A stretch of 64,000 nt of DNA from Planctomycetota bacterium (GCA_044225365.1 JBGAIQ010000017.1:1-64000); one strand, 5' to 3'. Shown: positions 29,183-39,671, numbered from the stretch's first letter. Numbers and translations: made by a program. The notes: a model not told the origin generated them from the sequence alone.

Positions 29183-30340
29183 ATGGAACCCTCGCTCTCG
29201 CTCCTGACGACCGCGGTCCATGCCGGCGAGCCCGATCCCAAGACGTATGGCTGCAGCACGACGCCGATCTTCCAGTCGTCGGTGTACGAGTTCCGCGGGA
29301 CGACCGACGAGAAGCTGCGCTACCCGCGTTACGGCAACACGCCGAACCACGACGTGCTGGCCAAGAAGCTCGCGGCCCTCGAAGGTGGCGAGGACGCGAT
29401 CGTGGCGGCGACGGGCATGGCGGCGATCACGGGCGCGATCCTCGCGTCGCTCGGCCGCGGCGGGCACCTGCTCCTGCAGCAGGGCGCGTACGGCGGTCTC
29501 AGCTCCTTCGTCCTGCAGTGGTTCGACACGCTTGGATTCGAGTACGACCTCATCGACGGCACGCGCCCCGAGACCTGGGCCGCGAAGTCGAAGCCGAACA
29601 CGCGGGCGATCTACGTCGAGTCGATGAGCAATCCGTGTTGCGACGTGCCCGATCTCGAAGCGGTCGTCGCGTTCGCCAAGAGCCGTGACCTCGTATCGCT
29701 CGTCGACAACACCTTCGCGAGTCCCGTGATCTATCGGGCCGCGGCGAGTGGCTTCGATCTGTCGCTCCACAGCGCGACGAAGTACTTGAACGGCCACGAC
29801 GACCTCGTCGCCGGCTGTGCGATCGGTCGCGCCGACCTCGTCGCCAAGGTTCGCGCGCAGCTCAAGCTCTTCGGCGGCGCGCTCGACCCGCACGCCTGCT
29901 GGCTGCTCCACCGCGGCATCCGTACCGTCGGACTGCGCGTTCCGCATCAATCGGCGAGCGCGCTCGCGATCGCGCGCTTCCTCGAGGGCCACGCCCGCGT
30001 GGAGTCGGTGCGCTATCCCGGACTCGAATCGAGTCCGCACCATGCTCGAGCGACGCGCGCGTTCCGCAACGGATTCGGCGGCGTCGTGGCGTTCGAGCTG
30101 AAGGGCGGCGAGGACGAGGCGCGACGGCTCCAGGATCGCGTGCGGATCCCGATCGTGGCGCCGAGTCTCGGCGGCGTCGAGACGCTCATGTCGATGCCAG
30201 CCTTCGTATCGCACCGCGACGTGCCGAAGGAGCAGCGACTCCAGGTCGGAATCAGCGATGGCCTGATCCGCTTGTCGGTCGGCATCGAATCCAAGGACGA
30301 TCTCATCGCCGATCTCGAGCACGCGCTCGGCGGCGGATGA
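29183..30340 (+). CDS. PLP-dependent Cys/Met metabolism enzyme (cystathionine gamma-synthase/lyase family)
   Basis: [41 protein letters not shown] and IRLSVGIE. Confidence 0.9.
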   Translation: MEPSLSLLTTAVHAGEPDPKTYGCSTTPIFQSSVYEFRGTTDEKLRYPRYGNTPNHDVLAKKLAALEGGEDAIVAATGMAAITGAILASLGRGGHLLLQQGAYGGLSSFVLQWFDTLGFEYDLIDGTRPETWAAKSKPNTRAIYVESMSNPCCDVPDLEAVVAFAKSRDLVSLVDNTFASPVIYRAAASGFDLSLHSATKYLNGHDDLVAGCAIGRADLVAKVRAQLKLFGGALDPHACWLLHRGIRTVGLRVPHQSASALAIARFLEGHARVESVRYPGLESSPHHARATRAFRNGFGGVVAFELKGGEDEARRLQDRVRIPIVAPSLGGVETLMSMPAFVSHRDVPKEQRLQVGISDGLIRLSVGIESKDDLIADLEHALGGG

Positions 30341-31296
30341 AGAAGTACGGACTCAACTCATCGGAGACGACTCGAATGATGCGCAATGAACTGAAGGAAG
30401 ACCCGACCGCGCCGCTCGATGCTCGCGCGTTCGAACTCAAGGTTGGCCTCGCGAGGATGATCGTGGGTGGCGTCATCCTCGACGTCACTTCGGCGGCGGA
30501 GGCGAAGATCGCCGAAGACGCCGGAGCGGCGGCCGTGATGGCGCTCGAGCGCGTTCCCGCCGACATTCGGCGCGAAGGCGGGGTCGCGAGGATGGCGAAC
30601 GTCGCGCGGATCCGCGAGATCCGCGACGCCGTCACGATCCCCGTCATGGCAAAGGCGCGGATCGGCCATTTCGTCGAGGCCCAGGTCCTCGAGCATCTCG
30701 GGATCGACTTCATCGACGAGAGCGAAGTGCTCACGCCCGCCGACGAAGCGCATCACATCGAGAAGCACCCGTTCCGCACGCCGTTCGTCTGCGGCGCGAC
30801 GTGCCTCGCCGAGGCGCTGCGCCGGATCGGCGAAGGCGCCGCGATGATCCGCACCAAGGGCGAAGCGGGCACCGGCAACATCGTCGAGGCCGTGAAGCAC
30901 CTGCGACGGATCCATCGCGAGATGCGCGAACTCGCCGCGGCTCCGAAGGAAGAGCTGATGGCGCGCGCAAAGGAGTTGAACGCGCCATACGACCTCGTGC
31001 GCGCCGTCGCGGCAACCGGAAAGCTCCCGGTGCCGAACTTCGCGGCGGGCGGCGTTGCGACTCCCGCGGACGCGGCGCTCGTCATGCAGCTCGGCGCCGA
31101 AGCGGTCTTCGTCGGATCGGGCGTCTTCAAGTCGTCCGATCCGAAAGCGACGGCGGCCGCGATCGTGAAGGCGACGGCGCGCTACGCGGACGCGGCGATC
31201 GTCGCCGAGGCTTGCGCCGAGGCCGGTGCGCCGATGCGTGGTCTCGAGCTCTCCGCGATTCCCGCGGATGAACGGCTCGCTGTTCGCGGTTGGTGA
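30337..31296 (+). CDS. pdxS: Pyridoxal 5'-phosphate synthase lyase subunit
   Basis: [32 protein letters not shown] and [14 protein letters not shown]. The start may be a downstream Met. Confidence 0.96.
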   Translation: MKKYGLNSSETTRMMRNELKEDPTAPLDARAFELKVGLARMIVGGVILDVTSAAEAKIAEDAGAAAVMALERVPADIRREGGVARMANVARIREIRDAVTIPVMAKARIGHFVEAQVLEHLGIDFIDESEVLTPADEAHHIEKHPFRTPFVCGATCLAEALRRIGEGAAMIRTKGEAGTGNIVEAVKHLRRIHREMRELAAAPKEELMARAKELNAPYDLVRAVAATGKLPVPNFAAGGVATPADAALVMQLGAEAVFVGSGVFKSSDPKATAAAIVKATARYADAAIVAEACAEAGAPMRGLELSAIPADERLAVRGW

Positions 31297-31321
31297 TTTC
31301 GTCCGCCCTCGGAGTTCCACG

Positions 31322-31930
31322 ATGTCCATCGGAGTCCTTGCCCTCCAGGGCGCGAGCGACCCGCATCTGGCGACGCTTCGATCCCTCGGCCTGTCGCCCA
31401 TCGCCGTGCGGCGGGCCGAGGAGGTCGCTGCGCTCACACATCTCGTGATCCCCGGCGGCGAATCGACGACGATTCGGCATCTTCTCGATCTCTTCGATCT
31501 CAGCGCGACGATCGAACGCCGCGCGAGTCAAGGCGAACTCGCGATCTTCGGCACGTGTGCCGGAGCGATCCTGCTCGGAAACAATGATGGAACCAAGCCG
31601 CGCCGTTTCGGACTGCTCGACGTCGAGTTCGAGCGCAATGCGTTCGGCTCGCAGGTCGACTCGTTCACGAGTGAGATCGCTCTCGCGCACGACCCGCGGC
31701 CGTTTCGGGGCATCTTCATTCGTGCTCCGCGCATCCGCTCCGTCGGTGCCGACGTGCGGATCCTCGCCACGTGGAACGACGAACCCGTACTCGTCGCGAA
31801 GGGGGCCTTCATGGCGGCGACGTTTCATCCCGAACTCGCGAACGATGCTCGGATCCACGAGATCTTCCTCGCCTCGAGGCCCATGACCGTGGCGACCCGG
31901 GTAACGAAAGACGCCTCGAAATTTCTTTAA
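31322..31930 (+). CDS. pdxT: PLP synthase glutaminase subunit
   Basis: GVLALQG, PGGESTT, GTCAG, RNAFGSQVDSF, FIRAP and FHPE. Confidence 0.95.
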   Translation: MSIGVLALQGASDPHLATLRSLGLSPIAVRRAEEVAALTHLVIPGGESTTIRHLLDLFDLSATIERRASQGELAIFGTCAGAILLGNNDGTKPRRFGLLDVEFERNAFGSQVDSFTSEIALAHDPRPFRGIFIRAPRIRSVGADVRILATWNDEPVLVAKGAFMAATFHPELANDARIHEIFLASRPMTVATRVTKDASKFL

Positions 31931-32183
31931 TCCCTCGTCCGAGGCGGGATTCGTCGCGACCTCCGTGTTTCGTCCCAGACTCGTAAGCGGCACCAAAACG
32001 CTGCCTTGTGGATAATTCCTGCGTCCGGATTCCCGCGCGCCGGAGTTTGAGGTATTTTTAGGGCGTATCGTGCGCGCCCGCTTCGACGGATCGTCCTTCC
32101 ACACGAGCCTGTCCCTCCAGTTCGGCGCGCGAATCCGTTCGAGCCTGTCCCCAACATCCCCGATGCTTTCCGATGGAGGAACC

Positions 32184-34481
32184 ATGGCGCGCTCTCCCGA
32201 AGTGAGTCGCCTCTTCGTTTGTGGTGCGTTGACGATCGCAGCGGCGCTGGCGGCGCCCGCGATGGCACGCACGATCACCCCGACCGAACAGATCAAGGCC
32301 GCGCTGAACGTCTCGAAGTTCTCGGTGCAGTCGATCGCCCTTCCCGCGTGGAATGGCGGCGACGTCCAGGTCTTCGTCGAGCTCGGAAACGGCCCGGCCG
32401 TTCTCGCGCTGCATCCGCACACGATCCGCTCGGACTCGTTCAAACTCCTGATCGACGACGGCCATGGCCCGAAAGCGGTCGAGCCCCCGACGTCGCGGAC
32501 CTTCAAGGGCGACGTCTTCCAACTCGTCGGCGGCCAGACGCTGCTCGGCCATGTCCGCGCGTCGCTCCTCGATGACGGGCTCTACGCCCGGATCTGGATG
32601 GACGACGGCCGCGACTACGGCATCCAGCCGTTGTCGACGGCGCTTCCCGGCGCGCAATTCGGATTGCATGTCAGCTACGAGAAGTCCGACCTCGTGCCCG
32701 GTGATTGGAAGTGCGGCAACGACATGCTCGGAATGAGCGCGAGTCCGACCGGGACCACGCTCGGCCCCGCGGGCAAGTCACAGTTCAAGGCGACCGGCCT
32801 CAAGGTCGTCGAGATCGGCGTCGATTCGGACTTCGAGTTCTTCCAGAAGAACGCGAGCAATGCGACGACTGCCGCCTTCGACATCGAGAACGTCCTGAAC
32901 GCCGTCGAAGGCATCTACGAGACGGAGGTCCAGATCACCTTCGAGCTCACGGTCAGCATCGTCCGCACGAGCGCGGCCGATCCGTACACGCTGACCAATG
33001 CGACGGGTAGCCCGAGCATCCTCAGCGAATTCCAGAGCTACTGGCAGAGTCAGTACAGCGGCATCAAGCGCGACCACGCTCACCTGATGTCCGGCAAGAA
33101 CTGGACGAGCGGCGGTGTCATCGGTGTCGCGTATCTCAGCGGCGTCTGCGGCGGCACGCTCGGCTACGGCACGGTGGAGACGAAGTTCACGACGAACTTC
33201 ACCTATCGCCAGAGCCTCTCGGCGCACGAGATGGGCCACAACTGGAACGCGCAGCATTGCGATGGTCAGGCCGATTGCGGGATCATGTGCTCCGGCATCG
33301 GTGGCTGCTCGGGCCAGCTCACGAAGTTCGGCGTGCAGGAGACGACGCAGATCACGGGCTGGAAGAACGGCCACTCCGGCTGCCTGCCCGATCTTCCGGA
33401 TTCGGTCGCTCTTCCGCTGAACGATCCGTTCCCGACGACGACGCTCTCGACGACCAACTGGGTCTACAACGACGGCGGCCTCGTCAACGCGGTCGGCGTC
33501 AACGAGCCCTCCAGCCCGAACGCGCTGAATCTCGACTCCGTCGGTGCGGGCGCTGCCGATTTCGACGACGACGAGGACGAAGTCCGCACGGGCTTCCTGC
33601 TCGCCGCCGCCGCGCCCAATACGACGAACATCAGCTACAAGGTCGAGCACATCGGCGTCGAGTCCGGTGAGCAGCTTCTCGTCTACTACTGGAACAACGC
33701 GCTGACGTGGAAGCTCCTGAACACGATCACCTCCGACGGGATCGATCAGACTAGCTTCACCACGTTCTCGCATCCGATTCCGACGGACGCGAAGCACAAC
33801 GAGCTACGCCTGCGGTTCAAGACCAACGGCAATGAGACGAACGACGATTGGTACATCGACGACGTGGCGGTGAGCCAGCCGGCGTCCGGTCCACCCATCC
33901 TGACGTCGGTCTCGCCGAGCACCGCGCAGATCCTCCTCGATGGCACGATCACGCTCACCGGCTCGAACTTCAGTGGTTCGACGCAGGTGACGATCGGATC
34001 GAACGTGCTGACCGCGGGTGGATTCACGATCGTGAACGACACGCAGATCACGGTTTCCGGTCTGATTCCGAGCTCGCTCGGAACGAAGGCCGTCACCGTG
34101 ACCAATCCGAGCGGCACGAGCGGTTCTCAGAATCTCACGTACAACGCGGCGGATCCAACGCTGTTGATCGTCCCGGCCCTGACCAACAACGGCGGGAACT
34201 TCGATCTGCAGGTCGCGGGTCAGCCGAACTGGCAGGCATTCCTGATCGTGAACCTTTCGTTCTCGACCTTCCAGTTCAACGGCTCCACGTGGCTGTCGTC
34301 GCTCGTGCTGATCCCGTTCGGCACGCTGAACTCGGTCGGCTACCAGGCCATCTCGATCCCGCTCTCGGGCGTCCCGGGCGGCCTGCCGATCTACACGCAG
34401 TACTGGACCTTCCCGCCGGGCGCGACGAGCGCGACGCAGGGCAAGGTGTCGAACATCGGCTCGACGCTGAATCTCTTCTAA
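32184..34481 (+). CDS. Secreted M12 (reprolysin-like) zinc metalloprotease with IPT/TIG domain
   Basis: GGAGG Shine-Dalgarno, signal peptide, prodomain WKCG, HEMGHNWNAQH, Met-turn GIMC and TIG-like ITLTGSNF. Confidence 0.87.
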   Translation: MARSPEVSRLFVCGALTIAAALAAPAMARTITPTEQIKAALNVSKFSVQSIALPAWNGGDVQVFVELGNGPAVLALHPHTIRSDSFKLLIDDGHGPKAVEPPTSRTFKGDVFQLVGGQTLLGHVRASLLDDGLYARIWMDDGRDYGIQPLSTALPGAQFGLHVSYEKSDLVPGDWKCGNDMLGMSASPTGTTLGPAGKSQFKATGLKVVEIGVDSDFEFFQKNASNATTAAFDIENVLNAVEGIYETEVQITFELTVSIVRTSAADPYTLTNATGSPSILSEFQSYWQSQYSGIKRDHAHLMSGKNWTSGGVIGVAYLSGVCGGTLGYGTVETKFTTNFTYRQSLSAHEMGHNWNAQHCDGQADCGIMCSGIGGCSGQLTKFGVQETTQITGWKNGHSGCLPDLPDSVALPLNDPFPTTTLSTTNWVYNDGGLVNAVGVNEPSSPNALNLDSVGAGAADFDDDEDEVRTGFLLAAAAPNTTNISYKVEHIGVESGEQLLVYYWNNALTWKLLNTITSDGIDQTSFTTFSHPIPTDAKHNELRLRFKTNGNETNDDWYIDDVAVSQPASGPPILTSVSPSTAQILLDGTITLTGSNFSGSTQVTIGSNVLTAGGFTIVNDTQITVSGLIPSSLGTKAVTVTNPSGTSGSQNLTYNAADPTLLIVPALTNNGGNFDLQVAGQPNWQAFLIVNLSFSTFQFNGSTWLSSLVLIPFGTLNSVGYQAISIPLSGVPGGLPIYTQYWTFPPGATSATQGKVSNIGSTLNLF

Positions 34482-34546
34482 CGAATCTCGGCCGCTGCCA
34501 CGCCTGGCCCGCTCTTCGGCGAGCGCGCCGGGCCTGATTCGGGAAC

Positions 34547-34590
34547 CTCGGGGTGGATGTCGTACCGGCGTCCACCCCGAGCTCTTTTCC
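34547..34590 (+). terminator. Candidate intrinsic terminator
   Basis: Perfect 11-bp stem CTCGGGGTGGA / TCCACCCCGAG followed by CTCTTTT, between convergent genes. Confidence 0.6.
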
Positions 34591-34679
34591 GGGACGTGCA
34601 ATGAGACGTGCAATGAAACGAGCGGCCGCGCGATCCCCCGCGCTGGCCGCTCGTCGTTCGTCTCGATTCGGTCGGAGGC

Positions 34680-34973
34680 TCAGCCGTGGTGCGTGCCGCC
34701 GCCGCCGCTACCGCCGCCTCCGCCTGCCGGCTTCTTCGGACCCGGATTGCCCTTGCCCGGCCCGCCATGGTGACCCGGCGTCGAACCGCCATGCGGCCCG
34801 TGTCCGCCACCATTCGGTTTGGGTGGGGGCGGCGGCGGCGCGTGTCCCGCACCGCCGTGGGAACCCGAGCCCGCGGCGAACGCGAACACTCCGGCCTCTG
34901 CCGAGGGAATCGCCGGCGCCGCCTGCGCGGGCATGGTCTGCATCGACAACGAAAGGACGAGAACGCTCAACAT
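34680..34973 (-). CDS. Small Gly/Pro/His-rich hypothetical exported protein (97 aa)
   Basis: AGGAGG 7 nt before the ATG, hydrophobic N-terminus ending AQA, low-complexity tail. Confidence 0.55.
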   Translation of the reverse strand: MLSVLVLSLSMQTMPAQAAPAIPSAEAGVFAFAAGSGSHGGAGHAPPPPPPKPNGGGHGPHGGSTPGHHGGPGKGNPGPKKPAGGGGGSGGGGTHHG

Positions 34974-35237
34974 ACTGCTGCCTCCTGACGACCGGAGGCT
35001 CCCGGATCCGGGGTCCTCACCTCGATCGCCATTCTCTCTCTTCGAACGGTTTTTCGATTCTTGCCCGGTACACGCACTCGATGGCAGTGAGCCGTCCAAG
35101 TCGGCCCGAGACTCCATCGAGTCAGCGATCGATCGCACGCTCCTCACGGCGCCCGTGGGGGACATGGAGCGACTCGCCAAACGGGATCGTAGCACGGCTC
35201 GCGATCGCGACAATCGCCGCGGCTTCGGCCGCCGCCG

Positions 35238-35585
35238 TCACTCGCCCCACACCTCGATCGTGTCGCGCCGGAACAAGTCGCCGAGAAAGGACTCGGTGTG
35301 TTGATCGGCGAAGTAGATCACCTTCAGGCCCTTCGCCCTGGCGGCGTCGCCGATCGCGCGGGAGAAGAGCTCGAAGTCGACGAGGTCGTCCGTGTAGGGG
35401 ATCTGGACGTGAACGGAGTTCAGCTCCGCCTTGCGCGTGCCGCGCGGCGTGTTGCGCATGTCCGTGACGACGGGGACCGTGTAGTTCTCGTAGAGCCAGC
35501 CGTGGAGGCAACCGGGCAGCGCCGACACGAGCGCCCCAAGCGCGAGGAAAGCCGCGGCGCGAGGGCGGCTGCGAAGGAGCGCCAT
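35238..35585 (-). CDS. TRL-like family lipoprotein
   Basis: Lipobox LPGC; AIGDAARAKGL..IYFAD; ends VWGE. Confidence 0.7.
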   Translation of the reverse strand: MALLRSRPRAAAFLALGALVSALPGCLHGWLYENYTVPVVTDMRNTPRGTRKAELNSVHVQIPYTDDLVDFELFSRAIGDAARAKGLKVIYFADQHTESFLGDLFRRDTIEVWGE

Positions 35586-35587
35586 CG

Positions 35588-35890
35588 TCACTCTCCGTAC
35601 GCGATCGTGGTGCGGCGGAGGTAGAGACCCCAGAGGATCACCTTGTACTCGATGTCGAGGTGACGGATGTTCTTGATCCCGCCGTGGTCGGCGGCGGCGG
35701 CCGTGCCGGCGTCGCCCCACGAGACGAGGAACATGATCGAGTAGGCGTCGGCGCGGCCCACCTTGCTTCCGAGTTCCGTGCGATCGACGTCCTCGTCGAG
35801 CGGGAGCCTCAGGTCGGAGTACATGCACCCGGTCTGGGAGAGCAATGTCGAGGCGGTGAGAAGGAGGGTGGCGAGTACGGGTCGGCGCAT
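35588..35890 (-). CDS. TRL-like family lipoprotein
   Basis: Lipobox QTGC; KVGRA..SIMFLVSWGDAG..AAA..GGI; ends TIAYGE. Confidence 0.75.
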   Translation of the reverse strand: MRRPVLATLLLTASTLLSQTGCMYSDLRLPLDEDVDRTELGSKVGRADAYSIMFLVSWGDAGTAAAADHGGIKNIRHLDIEYKVILWGLYLRRTTIAYGE

Positions 35891-36103
35891 CGTCGGGGCG
35901 GCTCCGGGATTCGAGAGAGGACGGTTCGCGATCTGCAAGGGCGTCGAGTGTACGCGGCGGATCGACCTCGGCAATGAAGCCGGTCCCGCGATTTCGGCGT
36001 GCCCCCTTGCCGCGGATGCACGGATGGCCAGAATCGCCCCACTTGCGAGGCCGCGGCGCGCGATGTCGTGCGCGACGCGATCCTCGACGACGGAGCGCTC
36101 ACG

Positions 36104-37012
36104 ATGAAACTCGGCTGGATCGGCTGCGGCGTGATGGGACACTCGATGGCGGGCCACCTGCTCTCTGCGGGTCACGAAGTCGTGATCCAGACGCGGACGC
36201 CATCGAAGGCGGCGACGCTGGTCGAGAGGGGCGCGCGGCTCGTGAAGACGCCCGCGGAGGCGGCGAACGGGGTCGACGTCGTGTTCTCGATGGTGGGGTA
36301 TCCGAGCGATGTGGAAGCCGTGCATCTCTCCGGTGACGGCACGCTCGCGGCGTCGAAGCTTCCGCGCGTCCTCGTCGACATGACGACGAGCGAGCCGAGT
36401 CTCGCCGCGCGGATCCACGCGGCGGCCGCGAAGAAGGGCGTGCAGAGCCTCGATGCGCCGGTCTCGGGCGGCGACATCGGCGCCCGCAACGCGACGCTGT
36501 CGATCATGGTGGGTGGCGATGCCGCCGCGTTCGAGATCGTCCGACCGCTCTTCGACAAACTCGGCAAGCACGTCCACCTGCAGGGCGGGCCGGGCGCGGG
36601 GCAGCACACGAAACTGATGAACCAGATCCTGATCGCGAGCAACATGATCGGGGTCTGCGAAGCGCTGCTCTACGCCCGCAAGTCGGGGCTCGATCCGTTG
36701 AAGGCCCTGGAGTCGGTATCGGTCGGCGCCGCCGGGTCGTGGTCGCTCTCGAATCTCGCACCGCGCATGCTGCGACGCGACTTCGCGCCGGGATTCTTCG
36801 TCGAGCACTTCCTGAAGGACCTCGGCATCGCGCTCGACGAGGCTGCGCGGCTCGGGCTCTCCTTGCCGGGCCTCGGGCTCGCGCGTCAGCTCTACCTCGC
36901 GGTCGCGGCGCAGGGGCACGCGCGTCAGGGTACGCAGGCCTTGCTGCTCGCGCTCGAGCATCTGAACGCGCTTCCCGCGTCCGCACCCGTCGAATCCGTC
37001 GCTGGGCGGTGA
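36104..37012 (+). CDS. NAD(P)-dependent beta-hydroxyacid dehydrogenase (3-hydroxyisobutyrate dehydrogenase family)
   Basis: GWIGCGVMG, LDAPVSGGD, GAGQHTKLMNQ and FLKDLGIA. Confidence 0.92.
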   Translation: MKLGWIGCGVMGHSMAGHLLSAGHEVVIQTRTPSKAATLVERGARLVKTPAEAANGVDVVFSMVGYPSDVEAVHLSGDGTLAASKLPRVLVDMTTSEPSLAARIHAAAAKKGVQSLDAPVSGGDIGARNATLSIMVGGDAAAFEIVRPLFDKLGKHVHLQGGPGAGQHTKLMNQILIASNMIGVCEALLYARKSGLDPLKALESVSVGAAGSWSLSNLAPRMLRRDFAPGFFVEHFLKDLGIALDEAARLGLSLPGLGLARQLYLAVAAQGHARQGTQALLLALEHLNALPASAPVESVAGR

Positions 37013-37173
37013 CCTGGCCGACGCTTCAAAGTACAATCGACGCCCGCATCGGGGGCATCTCGTTCTCCCCTCGATTCGATACTCGACCCCGAAGTCCGAT
37101 ATTCCGATTCCCCCAAGTCGAAGCGCTCGCATCGCGGGCGTCGTCGATCCCACCCGACGGAGGAAGCGATCCC

Positions 37174-38856
37174 ATGCGCACTCGCCTCGCTGCACTGGCC
37201 GTTCTCTCGATCCTCGTCGCCGATGCGTCGGCCGGCAGTCTCGCGCCGCGGCGCGCATTCCCCCTGATCGCGGTGGGTGCGAGGAGCGGGGCGACGGCCT
37301 TTCGGCTCGCGCCGGATGCGTTGAAGCAGCTCGGCTCGATGCGCGAAGTGCGCTTCGACGGCGTCGCGATCCCACGGCTCGGCAAGCTCGATCTCGACCT
37401 GCATGCGGTGAAGGTGCGCCTCACGAGCGATGCGGTCCGCGTCGACGGAATCGTTTCCCACGATTCCGCGCTCGACGGCCTCTCGATGTGGTCGGGCAAG
37501 GTGGTCGGGCACGACGATTCGGAAGTGTTCCTCGCGTTCTCGCGAGCGGGCAGCCGCGGGTTCGTCGCCATCGGATCGCAGCGAGTGCAGCTCGACGCCG
37601 CGCCGGAAGCGGGCAACGATTGGTCGCATTCGTTCTCGGTCTGGCGCGTCGAGGATGGCACGCCGCTCCCCGGCCAGTCGGCGACGGCGCCCTACTGCGC
37701 GGGCGGCATCGCGCGACCGATCGTGGGCGGCAGCAAGGTCGCGGCGCGAACGCCCGTCGGTGGGCCGCAGAAGTCGACGAGCGTGACGCCGATCTACGAA
37801 GCGCACGTCGCGATGGAGACGGACACGCAGTACTACGCGTTGTTCAACGATCTCACGGCCGCGCAGAACTATCTCTTCCAGCTCCTCGGCGCGATCTCGA
37901 ATCGCTACCGCGAGCAGATCGGCGCGATCCTCACGTTCCCGTACGTCGGCTTTCATACGGCGACCGACAATTGGGTCGCGGAGGAGAATGGCGGCGGCTC
38001 GATCGGCCTGCTCTTCGAATACCAGGCTGCATGGCAGAACGGTCAGGGCCCCGTGAATGCCGACGTCTACCACTTCGTCTCCGGCGCTTCGCTCGGCGGC
38101 GGCGTGGCGTACCTCCCCGGACTCTGTGATCAGACCTATGGCTTCGGCGTGTCGGGCAACATCGGTGGCAACACGCCGTTCCCGATCGCCGTGGGCCCGC
38201 TCAACTGGGATTTCATGGTGATCGCTCACGAACTCGGACACAATTTCGGCGCGCCGCATACGCACGACTACTGTCCGACGCCCGCCGACGAATGTGCGCC
38301 GAATGGCTACTTCGGGGCGTGCCAGACCCAGCAGACCTGCACGTCCGCCGGCACGATCATGAGCTACTGCCATCTGTGCTCGGGCGGCCTCTCGAACATC
38401 TCCACCTACTTCCATCCGTGGAGCGTGTCCGATTGCCGCGCGCTCGTCACGGCGAGCTGCCTTCAGTTCTACGAGGGCATCGCGTACTTCGCGAATCTCG
38501 GCTACGCGCTCACCGGCACGAACGGCACGCCGTCGCTCGATGTGAACTACGACGCGCCGACCGACGTGATCTCGTTCGACGTTCAGCACGCGCCGCACAA
38601 CCGTCCGGGCACGCTGTTCATCGCGGCCTCGACCGCGATGCTGCCGCTCTACGGCGGAACCCTCGTTCCCGCGGTACAGATCATGGTCCCGATGAACTCG
38701 AACGGCACGGGCAACGCAACGATCGCCGCCGCGCTTCCGCCAGGATCCGTCTCGCTGCCGGGCGGCGCGACCTTCTACTCGCAGGCATGGTTCTCGGACC
38801 CGCTGAAGTTCGTCGCCGCGACGAACGGCGCGGAGTTCGAGCTGATCCTGCCGTGA
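37174..38856 (+). CDS. Secreted M12 family zinc metalloprotease
   Basis: GGAGG Shine-Dalgarno, signal peptide, GGVAY, HELGHNFGAPHTH and GTIMSYCH. Confidence 0.87.
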   Translation: MRTRLAALAVLSILVADASAGSLAPRRAFPLIAVGARSGATAFRLAPDALKQLGSMREVRFDGVAIPRLGKLDLDLHAVKVRLTSDAVRVDGIVSHDSALDGLSMWSGKVVGHDDSEVFLAFSRAGSRGFVAIGSQRVQLDAAPEAGNDWSHSFSVWRVEDGTPLPGQSATAPYCAGGIARPIVGGSKVAARTPVGGPQKSTSVTPIYEAHVAMETDTQYYALFNDLTAAQNYLFQLLGAISNRYREQIGAILTFPYVGFHTATDNWVAEENGGGSIGLLFEYQAAWQNGQGPVNADVYHFVSGASLGGGVAYLPGLCDQTYGFGVSGNIGGNTPFPIAVGPLNWDFMVIAHELGHNFGAPHTHDYCPTPADECAPNGYFGACQTQQTCTSAGTIMSYCHLCSGGLSNISTYFHPWSVSDCRALVTASCLQFYEGIAYFANLGYALTGTNGTPSLDVNYDAPTDVISFDVQHAPHNRPGTLFIAASTAMLPLYGGTLVPAVQIMVPMNSNGTGNATIAAALPPGSVSLPGGATFYSQAWFSDPLKFVAATNGAEFELILP

Positions 38857-38886
38857 TCGCGCGGATCGCCGAACGGGCGGCCGCGC

Positions 38887-39570
38887 TCACGCGCCCGTCG
38901 AGACCCTTCGCAGGTACTCCGCGATGTCCTTGCCCGGTTCGTCGGTGAACGACTGATCGAGCACCCGCAGGCTCGCGATGCGCTCGGGGCGGAAGTTCCG
39001 GAAGTCGCCGCGCAGCTCGCACCACGCGGTCAGCGTCCAACTCGACCCCCAGAACGCGAGGGCGAGCGGTCGCACGGTGCGTGAGCTCTTCTTCGAGTCG
39101 GCGTCGCTGTAGGCGAACGCGACCTTCCTGTGGTCCGTGATCGCGCGCCGCAGCTTCTCGAGCGCGGCCTTCATCGGCACCGGGACGTGGAACGCGGGGA
39201 CGTAGAGATCGACCCGATCGGCGTCGCGCCGACGGAGCTCGGGCAACGCGGCCCGGACTTTCTCGACCGCCTGCTTCGCGTGCCGCGCGAGTTCGGCATC
39301 GGCCCAGGCGGATACCATGCGCGCGCCGAGGACGAGGGCTTCGAGTTCGTCGCGGCTGAACATCAGGGGCGGGAGGTCGAAGCCCGCCTTCAACGCGTAG
39401 CCGACGCCCGCCTCACCGTCGATCGGGATGCCGCTCTTCACGAGATCGGCGACGTCGCGGTAGACGGTGCGTTGCGAGACCTCGAGCTCGAGCGCGATCT
39501 CGGCGGCCGTCGCCGAGGCTCGCGCTCGCAGCAACTGAACGATCTGGAAGAGTCGATCCGCGCGACGCAT
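38887..39570 (-). CDS. YafY-family HTH-WYL transcriptional regulator
   Basis: MRRADRLFQIV, LEVSQRTVYRD, LPPLMF and WTLTAWCELRGDFRNFRPERI. Confidence 0.92.
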   Translation of the reverse strand: MRRADRLFQIVQLLRARASATAAEIALELEVSQRTVYRDVADLVKSGIPIDGEAGVGYALKAGFDLPPLMFSRDELEALVLGARMVSAWADAELARHAKQAVEKVRAALPELRRRDADRVDLYVPAFHVPVPMKAALEKLRRAITDHRKVAFAYSDADSKKSSRTVRPLALAFWGSSWTLTAWCELRGDFRNFRPERIASLRVLDQSFTDEPGKDIAEYLRRVSTGA

Positions 39571-39671
39571 GGTGTCGAAAATCCTACGGACCGCCACGCT
39601 CCAGCGTGGCATGTTCTGCCATCCGATGGGACCGCCCGGACCGCCACGCCCCTTTGTGGCATCCCATTCTG

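Noticed and set aside
34593-34616. 12-bp direct duplication GACGTGCAATGA x2
   Set aside because: It is real, but it lies between convergent genes with no element between the copies, so there is no support for a target-site duplication or an operator.
38887-39570. BrxR/CapW-type defence-island regulator
   Set aside because: The sequence is the short YafY type, and the neighbours are not defence genes.
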